A stretch of DNA of 64,000 bases, taken from NCBI RefSeq assembly GCF_006345805.1, contig NC_043010.1:24986001-25050000 (forward strand), read 5' to 3'. Position 1 is the stretch's first letter; every line of letters begins with the position of its first letter. Under the pieces are notes generated by a model, which did no database searches, was not told the origin of the DNA, and saw only the letters and a program-made list of their open reading frames with translations. The stretch is from Octopus sinensis. Taxonomy: Eukaryota. Positions 37,193 through 49,500 of the stretch are shown here, one piece after another. A program made the position numbers and the translations under genes.

Positions 37193-38600
37193 TTGACAAG
37201 TATCCCCAATACAAGGGACGAGGTAGTTTGTTCTTGCAGTGTATATAACTGTTCAGTAGGAGGCCAATACGAGCTTGAAGGGGTCATCTATAAGGCTACG
37301 GTGATACCTAGACCTGTTATCCACATTAACAGTAATGTACCATCCAACAGCAATATTAGCAGATTAGCCAGATCTCACACCAATACAATAGCCACACCCA
37401 GAGATCATAACCAGTCCGGGACTGGCATCACAGAGAGCATTACTGAAGACTCTGGTACTACTGCCACTGATAATGAACAAACCATAGACACAGATAAAGT
37501 GATGAGGCCTGCAACATGTTACCACCAGGAGTTAAAAGCTGTCAGTGAGAAACTCCAACATCAGAAGAGAATAACCGAGAGAAAAACGATAGGCAAAAAA
37601 TTTAACTGGAACCAGGCAGCAGTATACAGACACATGAAAGGAGAAGCAGTAAATATCACAGAAGTTCCTTCACGAGAAGACGTAGATTCCTTCTAGACGA
37701 AAATCTGGAGTGAAGCGAAAGAGTTTAACCAAGATGCTCTGTCTGCATTACACCCAAGACATACAGTATTAATGGTGATATCCTTGTAACTGTGATTCAG
37801 ATACTTCAGGATGGAAAAGCACCTGGAAGAGACTTGATTGTTGGATATTGGTATGAGAAGCTAATCTTCTACCGAGCATATCTTATCAACCTTACCAACA
37901 ATTTCTCAATGGGAACAGTAACATACCACACTGGTTAGCTTTAGCAGAGACAAAACTGATCCCCAAATGCAGAACTACCCACATGGCAAAAAACTACCGG
38001 CCAATTGTATACAAGAACTTTATGTATAAAATATATACAGCATGTTTAAACCTCTTCCTCCAAGACCATTGTGAAAGCAATAACATCACCACAGCAGAAC
38101 AAGCAGCTGACAAGAAGGGAGTCTGGGGATGTGCCGAGCAATTGTTAATAAACAGAACTGTAATGTCAGAGGTACGGGAGCATAGAAAGAACCTAGTTTC
38201 AGTGTGGATAGACTACAAGAAAGCCTTTGACCCTGTTCCCTACTCATGGATACTGGAATCCCTTCAACTTGCTAAAACTCCATAGTCAAAGCTGACCTGA
38301 CTTCATTGTGGGCCACCATTTTGAAATTAAGCACAAAGAATGATTGTATTATCACTGATAGAATACAGTATCACAAAAGCATATTCCAAGGGGACAGCCT
38401 CTCTGTAATATGGTTTATACTTTCTGTAAACCCCTTGTCATTAATGCTAAGGAAGCCTGAAGGCTGTCTCACTGGTTCACAAGGAAACAGAAATACCAAA
38501 ATTATACAGTTTCTTTGTGGATGACTTGAAACTATACGTAAAGAATATGCATAGGATAAAAGAGTCTTGACCTGGTTACAACATTCTCAAAGGATAAATT
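37193..38600 (+). mobile_element. R4/Dong-like (RLE-type) non-LTR retrotransposon RT fragment
   Basis: NYRPI...WIDYKKAFDPVPYSW; IFQGDSLS..FILSVNPLS; FVDDLKLY. Confidence 0.8.
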
Positions 38601-39249
38601 AAATGTCGCTGACATTTTTAAGTTAATTCCATTTGTTATATTCCTTCAAATGTTTACACGACCTTTTGTACTGATCCCAACTTCACTCCTCACATTTTCT
38701 AAATTTTACCTGTACAGCTTTTTTTCTGAATAAAAGGGGGTGTTTTCCACGACTCAGTAACCTTTTCTATTTGATTGTATCAAATAAAGCTTTCTTGAGA
38801 ATCATGTGCATTTGCAAATTGGTTTTGTTATTGGTGTTCTCAGTTATTTGTTCTCTGTAATGTTCCTTACAATAACGAAAAGAAACTTTCATTACAAAGT
38901 GAAAATGATACTAATATTTGTGAGTAGCAATTCTTTTATAATAAATTTGAGGTGGTCCACAGGTATAAATTACTTATTTTGGTGGTCCACAGTGAAAAAA
39001 GGTTGAGAACACCTACTTTAGAGTGTGCTTCTTTTTCAAATATATCTGATCTGGCAAAGTTTCTACAGCTGGATGAAATTTTTGCAGAAAATATATTAAT
39101 GTAATATACTATTTAATATTTAATTAATAGTATATTAGCTGAAAGCCATCTCTAATACCAGCAGCTTTTTATAGAGTGAAACTCTGTAAACTTCCAGTTG
39201 ATGTTAATGTTGTGTAGTTATTGTAAATTAAATGAGTAAAACTTGTTTT

Positions 39250-40160
39250 TGATATTTCCATCTAAATTATAGTAAGAAATACAATTTCCATTACCCAGTT
39301 ATTTTCATTGTTTACTATCCTCTGCGCCCGTGTATTTCTGTATACATATATAACCATGCCTAGAAGGAAAGTGTCAATATGAAGGTCAATCAAAAGAATG
39401 TCTCTGTCCAAAAAGGGAAGCATACCAAGAAATGAATAGACTGTGCACCACAAAAGCCAGAGCATTTCAAAGTGATGAACAGAAGTATGCAGAGCTGACA
39501 AGGACTAGGATCTCCACTGCAGACTGAAGAATAATTGCAACAGCTCAGCAAAGTAACTTCTATGAAGCAGATTTCCCATTATGATCCAGCAGTTCATTAT
39601 GCTGATGACACTAGAGTTTCCATTGGTGCAATGACAATGGAGTGCATACATTATAAAGCAAGGAAGTGGCCTGGAGAGACACCTGCACTGTGCCATTGAA
39701 GAAAATGTTGTCATCAACTGACCAAGATTCCAAGCACTTCCAAAACAAAGTTAGACAATACAATGACATCATTTGGAGCCACAAGAGATTTAACTGAGCC
39801 AGGATTCATGCAAACTTTCAAGGTCCAAGGTCAGATTTATCATTAGATTGGCTCTCTACTTTGTCAAATGAATCACCAAAATTGTTCTTTCATTGTTGTA
39901 CCTGTTTTTTTTGGTTACGAAATAAGCTACACAAAACATGTTTTTGAATTATGTGTATTTACTTTATATACACTTATGAATTGAAAACGTCCTTTTAACA
40001 TTTCATTTAATGTCTATGTCCCATGCCAGCATGGGTTGGACATTTATTAATGCAGAAAGTTGGTATCTCAGCTACTTGCATTTGAGACCTGTGTAATCTA
40101 GACAGCGTTTTGAAATTTCATTTTCTTTAACCCAGGCAACGCTGGGTATTTCTGTTAGTC
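39250..40160 (+). mobile_element. Degenerate, internally deleted autonomous-type Helitron (RepHel N-terminal remnant plus 3' hairpin)
   Basis: 39601-39700 SIGAMTMEC..YKARKW.GETP..C; 39772-39860 FGAT...GFMQTFKVQGQIYH*IGSL; hairpin CCCAG GCAACG CTGGG then CTGTTAG|T near 40130-40158. Confidence 0.72.
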
Positions 40161-40449
40161 TATACATAGGAATAGATCTGTGCATACGTGGGTGGCTTTC
40201 TGTCTCCATCTTTATTTTGTGTGTATATGTCTGTAGATATTACATACACATATATTTATGTAAACATATATATATATATATAGGTATATATGCATGTAGG
40301 GGGAGTGCACATGTGTGCCTGCATGCAGTTTTTCAAGTTCATGCACATGTATAAATATAAATATATATATAATTATTGGCCTATCTATTTTTATTTTACC
40401 AGAAAGCTTTTTTGAAAATGTTACGGAGAAAACAAATATGCGCAACGTA

Positions 40450-41680
40450 TAATTTCTATTCGTGGAAGAAACGATCCACTATGGCAGCCAATTTATACTG
40501 CGAAATGAGAGCATTTTTCACAATCAATATTATGTTTAGTGTTAAACAGCTTCCTCAACTATGGAACTACTGGAGTCTGGATGTAAGGTATGGTGATCCA
40601 TATATCTCAAGTATAATGTTGAAGACGAGGTATTCCAAAATATCACAGTATTTGCATTTGATTCAGCAAAAACGACCCAAACTATGATCCCCTGTACAAA
40701 GTATGTCCTGTAATTGATTTACTCCTTAATAGTCATAAAACTGTGTATCTACCTATGCTTGCCAACCCCACTACATGGGGGATCAAGGTATAAGAAGTTT
40801 GTAAATTAGACACTGGATATTGTGTAAACTTCTACGTTTACACAGGTAAAAAATATAATGGAAACAGACCATATGGATTGGGATATAATGCGGTATGGTC
40901 TCTTACTGAACCATTTCACCATCAGCACCGACACCTCTATTTTGACCTTTTTTTTTTCTTCAGTGGCTTTGGTAGAAAATCTTGCCTGTGTAAGTATTTA
41001 CATGTGCAGCACTGTTATGGGCAACCGTAAAGGTTTACACTGTCAAATGAAAACAAAATTAAAAGAAAGAGGGGACATTTTACATATGCAAAAGGAAAAT
41101 TTATTAGCTACTGCTTCCAAAGACAAAAGACAAGATTTTATTTGTGTCTACTAATGAACAACGTAGTGTTGGTGCTGAGGGGAAGCCCCTAGTGAATATT
41201 TGTTATTACAAATATATGGGTGGGGTTGATAAATCTGACCAATCTCAGACATATTACCCAGTTGGTCAACCTGGGAAGAAATGGTGGATGTACATTTTGT
41301 GGTTTTTAGTTAATTTAACTAGAGTTTATATATTGTATATGCAAAAAGCCACAAGATACCTCCACCATCAAAGGACTGCGACCATTTGAAATTTTGGGTT
41401 GACATTGCATCTCAGTAACGTGAGGGCTTTTCTTCTAGAAAGAACAGAACTGGGAGAAAAGCAAAATAACTGAGGTGGATGTCAACAGAGAAAATATTGA
41501 CTTTCATAAAGATGAAAAGAAATGGAAGAAAAAAAGTTTGTAGACTGTGTTTGCTGCAAAAAAGAAAAACTGCAAAAGGGTGTCAGCTTGAGACTTTGTA
41601 TATGTGTTCCTTTTGCAAAGTGCCCTTGTGTAAAGGGTGCTTTGGGCAGTTTCATGACAGAAATATGTCATAACTGTATT
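40450..41680 (+). mobile_element. piggyBac-family transposase pseudogene
   Basis: EMRAFF..IMF.VKQLP.L.NYWS; DPLYKV; YFD.FFSSV.L; YKYMGGVDKSDQ..YY...KKWW..I; C-terminal CRD CRLC...C..CKVPLC..CF..FH. Confidence 0.85.
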
Positions 41681-43361
41681 ATTTTATATATTCCTTTTTA
41701 TTTTATTATAAATAATATGTGAAAGTGAGAAATACATATTAATTTTCAGTATGTTACACACCTGATTTCACCTTTGTCTCACCTGTTAATGAGCTTTTTT
41801 TTTATTAGATGCATTCTGTTATGTAAATGAATTCATTAAATTGTATAAGAGTACATAATGGTATATTGACTAGAAAAAGAGTTTTGTACTTTGAAAGAAT
41901 AAAATCTTGTACCGATTACACCTGTATTTTAATTAATTCAAATTAATGTACCTCATCTTGAAAAATGTAAAATTGTTGGCAGTTGACATCTGGGATAATT
42001 TTAGTAACAAATCAAACAGGTAAGATGTATTAACAATATGAATTTTAGTGTTTATTCATAATGTTATTGTTTTTACATCTGTTAATTGAATTTACCTACC
42101 CATAAAAGTCAAATTTAATCAGAAAGATCAGCTAAAATTACGAAACTATAAACCACTGGCATATAAGCACCCATTTACATAATTTCAAATCTGTATGTAA
42201 AAAATTAACAGTTACAAGTAAATACTGTGGACACCCCACTTGAACCTGAATAAATCTAAATTAATATGAACAGATAAGCATTGCATTTGACAAATTAATC
42301 TGAACACTAAAGGATTAAATAGCAAGTTCAAATAGTAGACACGTAGCTGTGTGTAACAGTATAAGAGAGTGCTGTTCTCCAAATAGCAAACATTTAACAA
42401 GAGCTTTTGTTTACAAAATGAAGGTGAAATCTAAATTGTTAGTACAAGAAATGAAAAATCCTACAAGGGTTTAGTGAAAGCAGTTTTAAAAACTTCAGCA
42501 AAATATACAGCTGCCTCCGTTCAACTTGGGTAACTTCAAGCTTTGCACCATCTTCTTCCCAGTTCATTCCTTGGTGTTTCTCAATCACCCAATTCATGAT
42601 CTTCATGCTCCCCGCTATGACAACAAGGATGAAGGGGTGGATCTAGAATGTAAAGGGATGTAACTAACTTGCACGAAATCACTTCTGCTACATGACATGT
42701 AGTGTTTAGTTATGACTCTTTACTAGTAACCTACTACTTTTAAAAATAGGTAAAACAAATACATTTGCTTTTCCCTTTTTGAGAGTCAATAAAGTTAGTT
42801 AATGGACACAATGTAATCGATTCTAGACCCACCCCGCAAAATGTGCAATCTCGTGACATCTGGTATTCACAGCAACAAAGGAAACCAGTCGTGATATTTT
42901 TCCTTTTCTCTCTCTCTTCTACTTTTTGCTTTGAGTGGTTTTGGGACAGTTTATGTACCAGTTTATGCTTGCTGTTACCAACACTTTACAGTGTAGAATG
43001 GGTACATTTTATTATGCAACTAACATTAGAGAGAATGTTTGTGAAAAACTTGAGAGTCTTCTCCACCTTGTATCAGTGATTTAATTTCTCTCCAAGACAA
43101 ACTACATTTGTACTGGCACTTGTGAAGTTTCTTCCATTTGTTCCTATTTTCTTTGAAATAAAAGTTTGATGATCATGGCCAGAATATTTTTAATCAAGAC
43201 TAAACTGAAGCCAAACTACAGCACCAAAAAAGATATAATTAGGTAATTAAGTTTTAGATATATAGTCTGAATTAGAAAAAAGAAGGTAGTCATAGATGGA
43301 ACATCATAGAAAAGCTGGGTCAGGGTTAACCAAGTACTAAACAGCAAAAATAATTAAATAT

Positions 43362-43528
43362 TTAAATGGATTCTTCAATATTTCCAGCCTTTAACTTATT
43401 GATAACCTCACACAACATTTGGTTACACAGAGCAGCATATGGGTTCAACGCAATTAGCATCTGTTGCGCAAATGCACTTCCTCTGCTTGCAGCACTCTTA
43501 AAATCTTCAAGAGCTCCTTTATCATCAC
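43362..43528 (-). CDS. TTC36: TTC36 coding exon 4 (167 nt incl. TAA)
   Basis: Acceptor tactttttctag|GT; encodes GDDKGALEDFKSAASRGSAFAQQMLIALNPYAALCNQML...EESI*. Confidence 0.93.
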
Positions 43529-46500
43529 CTAGAAAAAGTAAAAACAGATAAAGATGATGGTGATGATAATAATAATAATAATAATGATGTATGTGGAACA
43601 AAATCCTGGGCTTGGTTAAAAAAAGGGACAATTAAAAAAAGAAACAGAGAGCCTAATTGTAGTAGCCTAAGATCAAGCGATCAAAACCAACAACTCGAGA
43701 AAAAATATATATGAAGAGAATGTGTCAGAAAAGTGTAGAGCCTGCAGAAGTTGGAACAAGGCAGTGGCACACAGTGGCAGAATGCCCCAAGTTGGCACAA
43801 CCAGGTTGTAAATGTTTTACACTAGAAACTGTGCCATAAATGGGAATTTGAAGCCAAAAATACATAGTACAATCATCAAGTCGAAAGAGTATTAGAATCG
43901 GAGAAATATAAGATTTTGTGGGGCTTTCCTATTCAAATGGACAAGAAGTTAGACAACAATTATAGACAAAGAAAAGTGAAGTTGCTTACTGATCAACCCA
44001 TCATGCCCACTTGATTCCAGGATTGTAAAGAAAAAGGATGAGATACAAAAAAACATACAATCCCTTAAAATTTGAAATAGGAAGAATTTGGAGCATAAGA
44101 ACGGTAAAGGTGGTGCCTATAATAATTGGTGCATTGGGAAGAGTAAGCAAAGATATAGACATATGGCTAAAGGAGATTGAAATAGAATGCTCAGTGGAGC
44201 CCCTACAGAAAGTTTATCTCATAAGGACAGCAAGGATTATCAGGAGGGTTCTAAGCACTTGAAAAATAGCTAGAAACTTGTGGATACCTAAGGTTACACA
44301 GAGTAATCCGCTACCCACATAAATCCTACCTGGAATAAAACCGAACTGGATCCAAACCAAAATAATAATGATGATGATAAGAATGAAAGACAAAAGCAAG
44401 GGCAATATAGCTAGTAATTATAGACCAATCACTTGCTTACCATTAGACTGGAAGCCATTAACAGGAATACTCTCAGAAAGCATTTATGAGCACCTTAACA
44501 ACCAGAATTTGCAGCCAGAAGAATAGAAAGTTTAAAAGCAGGCTAGAGGAATTAATGGCCAAAACTTTAACAATGGCAAGAATAGGTAAGAAAGCCTATA
44601 ACATGATTGCACACTCATGGATAAGTGAATGTTTGAGTATATTCAGTATTGCAGACAACACAAGAAAATTGATTAGTTACAGCATGAAGATATCTACTCA
44701 GGTAACACAGCCTTAGTGAAAGTTAATATCAAGAGAGGAATTTTCTAAGGAGACTGGTTATCCCTTTTGATATATGTGCTATGCTTAATCCTCCTCAGTT
44801 TACTATTAAGAAAGGCAAATGCAGAGTATTGGTTTTAAGATAGTAAAGGGAAAATTAACCATTTGCTCTTCATGGATGATCTGAAGCTTTTTAAGTAAGA
44901 ATAAAAAAAAGAGATAGATTACTTTATACAAACAGTAAGAATCTTCAGCAAAGATATAGGTATGGAAGTTGGCATAGATAAGTGTGCAATATTTGTCATA
45001 AAATGGGGCAGGTAGTCAGCAGTGAAGGCATCCAATTATCTGACAAAGTACTAACTGCAGAAATGAAAATGAAATTGAGAAGGAGTCTATCAGAAGGATG
45101 AAGAAGCTAATGAAGTCAAAACCAAATGGTCTGAATCTAGTGAATGCTGTAGATTGGACAAAATCTGAATTAGCAAATCCAAACAGAAGAACTAGGAAGG
45201 AGTTCAATATGAATGGAAGACTTCAGCCAAGAGTAGGAGTAACAGGATTATACTTATCTAGAAAAGAAGGCGGAAGAGGGTTAATGTCATCAGAAGATTT
45301 CATTGAGTTAGCTAGAGTAGATATAGCTTCTTATGTAGGTAATAGTGAAGAAAGTTTATTCAGAGCTGCTAGAGTAACAGAAGGACATGGGGAAACCGAA
45401 AAGCCAAATCAGTAAATTATTTGACTCGCAAAAGAAGGCTTTGCATGGCAGATTCTCAAAGATAGTTGCAAGAAATAGTAATAATGAAACAGGTTGTGGT
45501 TGCAGACAGAGGGCTGAAAAGGGAGACAGAAACTTTGTTAGCAGCAGCACAAGATCAAGCATTGAGAACTAAATGGATAAAAACCAGGTAGATTCCCAAT
45601 GTAGGTTATGTAAATCAAAAGAGAAAAGTGTTAGTTATATAGTAATTGAATGTAGCAAGCTGGCACAGAAAGAATATAAAGACACAAAAGCTAGGGATTT
45701 GACCATACTGATAAATGATATGAACATGAACCCAGTAAAATGCTACAAAAGTAAGAAGACATAAGATAAAATTTTTAAGATAAAGTTTTAGAAAGGATTG
45801 CAACGCAAGCATGGTGTGGCAAATGATAAATTGATATTAGGGGTGGAAATTGGGAGGTATATTTCTACATTTGAGCTTATAACTAAATATAACTCTGTTA
45901 AACCAACATCTGCTCTTTGATACTCACCTCTGAGATACCTCTACATCTCTTGATCACTAATTCTCTAACACTAAGTCTTTCTCCTAACCACTGTACCATC
46001 AGTTTTCCCCCATCACATTTTCACCAACACCCTCAACAATGCATGTCTTTCATTATTCTCTCCTCTATATCCTTTACACTCCAATTACTTGTTTCCCATC
46101 ATCCATATTCTTGCTCTCCATCTTGTCATCTCTTCAACCTGTTGGCTATGTTACCTTTAATAGACATCATAGCGTAATGATGGCTTTAATTGTGTGAAGA
46201 AGGACATCAAGTGTGCTGGTTTCACAATAAAATGCAACCAGTACACCCTGTAAAGTGAATAGTGAATGAGTAGAGATAATGTGAAGTTGACAGGACTCTT
46301 TAGTTTGTCAGAAATCAGGACAGCCTCTCTATGTTGCTACCTTGATAATATGCACTTTGCACACACTGTACAGTAGGTGGTGTTATGAAGGGTATTCAGC
46401 TGTTAAGACCAAGCCAAAATGGAATGTTTTCTGCAAAACCTGATCCTATAACTTGTCTGAAGAGCAGTAACTTTAAATAACTCAGATTGTGAGGATCCAT

Positions 46501-49500
46501 CCAACCCACAATAGCATGGAAATCATCATCATCATCATTTTAACATCCACTTTTTTATGCTTGCATGGGTTGGACAGAATTTGTTAAGGTGGGTTTTCCA
46601 TGGTTGGATGCTCTTCTTGTTGCCAACTCACACTTGTTTCCAAGTGAGGTGATATTCCCCATGACCAGACATATTTTCATGGAAGATTGGAAATGAAGGA
46701 CACTATTTTCATGAGTGTAATACTTGTTTACAGCTACCATGTGATGTCATGGCAAGGAGTTTATAAATTTGGTATTTGAAGTAATTAGGGGTTGCATATG
46801 ACAATTTCACTGTATGCTAAAAATCTTGTGGTATTTATAAACTCAATATTACAAAGATAAACCAGGAGATTACTAACACCATTAATAGGGGTAAAAATTA
46901 AAATAATCCTTCAACTAAGGACTGCAACAGTAAAGAAATAATGATATTGGCAATGGCAAAAACAATATGAATAATAATCAAAATGCTGAAAATCCCAATG
47001 ATAATAGTACTGGAAAGAGCAACAATGAATATCTAGAGAATGAATAACCTGAGATAAAAGTAGGTGAAATTAGGAATAGAAGAAAGATTGGTGAAATTGG
47101 GGTGATTCAATAATGAAAGTGAAATCAAAACACATTATAAAATTTGTTTCAAGTGGGACTTTAGGTTTAGCTTCATCATTTGAAACTTAGCATCTGACTT
47201 AAATTTATAACAAATTTTATTCTACTTTTAGTAATTGAGTCTCCCCATCAAATATGTTATTATTATTCTTAAAATGACTATAAAATAACACCTTAAAAAA
47301 ACATTTGTATATGTGTATATCATCATCATTTAACATCCGTTTTCCATGCTGGCATGGGTTGGATGGTTTGACAGGAGCTGGCAAGCCCAGATGCTGCACC
47401 AGTTTCCACAGCTTATTTTGGCTTAACATCTAGTCAGATGTCCTTCCTAAGGCTAATCACTTTACAGAAGGAACTGGGTGCTTTTTACATGGCACCATCA
47501 CCAGTGCTTTTTATGTGGCACCAGCCTGAGAATTTTATGTGGCACCAGCACCAGTGCTCTTCATAGGCAAGCATTATCAAGGTAGTTTTAAGATGCTAAT
47601 TCTGTTGTGATGAGTGGGTTGCCTTGACTACAGCAATGCATCATATATCTTGGTTCTTTGTCATCTCCTTTGTAAGGGTCAACATTCTGAGATCAGCCTT
47701 CAATAATTCATGTCATATACTCCTGGGTCTCCTTCGTTTATCTTCGTGATCATCACTCCTTTATGCAAAAGTCCTTATCCATACACACTACATTAACAAA
47801 CAAGCTGTCTGCTCTTCTGCACACTGCATCTAATTTCTCTTATGCTTAACTTTTTTCTCAATGCACTAGTGCTGTGTCACACACGTGTGAAAGAACATAT
47901 GAAAAATGTAGTACTCAACGCGTTGCAGGAGTTACATGCATTCATAATAACAATTTGCTTTTAGCATTTGATAAGATGGACATGTCCTACATATCCACAA
48001 AACATTAAGTCATATGGAGCTGAGTCATAGATTTCAATTTACTCCCAAGAATGATCTAAAATTAATTTCATCCTACCCCCTTATGGCTTCAGGTTATTTA
48101 GGTTTCAGAACTGATTATCCATATTGACAATAGCTTAGTAGATAAAGCAATTAAGGATACTTAAGGTCATAGCTCAATTAATTAGAAAGAGAGTTAGCCT
48201 AGATGACATGCAGCTTGGTTCTGTGACAGGAAGAAACATTACTTGTACTATCTTTCTGGTGAGGCAACTGCAAGAGAAGTATTCAGCCAAATATAAATAT
48301 CTGTATTTAGCTTTTGTTGACATGGAAAAAGCCTTTGACAGGATCCCCCACACCCTTATCTGGTGGGCAATGCAGAAGCTAAGGATAGATGAGTGATAGG
48401 TGAGAGCTGTACAAGCCATGTACATGGATGCTGTCAGTAAGGTGAAAGTCAGCAACGAGTATAGCAAGGAATTGCTGTACAGGTAGGAGTTCACCAAGGA
48501 GCAGTTTTCAGCACTCCCTTGTTTATCATAGTCCTCCAAGCCAAAATGTTAATTTTGTAAAACCCAAAGTCCTAGTAAGTAGGAAATCAGACAAATTGCT
48601 GATCCCTTCAGGGAGATGGCCATACTTGATATGTAGAAAAGGAAGATGATTGAAACTTCATACAGTGTACCTAGCACAAGCTATGGATTATATAAGAGGT
48701 GCAACAGTATCACAGGAAGGTTAACAGAAAGTAATTTTTGTGTGTGGCAGATGTGCAGGTACATTAAACACTAGGAATGTACAGAAAACAGACTCCATCA
48801 AATGTTTGGGAGTGTCCTTAAAAGTAGTAGATAGTTTCCATTACTTAAGTGACCAAGTTAGCAACTAGAATAAGAACAGGCTGAGCAAAGTGAAGAGAGC
48901 TAATACTTTTGTTGGTAATAAAGAGCTTCTCTCTCAAAGTGAAAAGCAGATTGTGTGATGCCTGTGTATGAACAACTGTGTTACATTGCAGTGAGAAACA
49001 GGATGTGACTACTGAGGACATGTGAAAGCTTGAAAGAAATGCAGCCAGCATGCTCTGCCGGATGGGTAATGTCAGTGTGCATCAGTTGTAGTGTGCAAGA
49101 GAGACAAGACTATACTGGAACGGGTAGACCCAGGAAAACATGGGACAAAATGGTAAGAAAGGATCTTCAGACATTTGGGCTTCACAGAGGAAATGATAGG
49201 GGATCAAGGTGTTAGGTAGTTTGCTGTGCTTGTGAAGACACATCAAGCTAGGTAAGATCATGGCCATCCATACATACAGGTATGTTTTCTACATCCCTGT
49301 CTCAGAGCTGAGAGATCCTAGTCTTGCAGGCTTGTAGATGCTGGGATCACATAAAAGCACTTCTGCCAGTGCCACATAAAAATGTCCATACTAGTATTCA
49401 CTTTAAAGCAGCCATGTTAAAAGCATTCAGTCCACTCTGCAAAGTGGTTGGCATTAGGAAGGGCATATAAGCCTAGAAACCATGCGAGGAGCTCAGGTAG

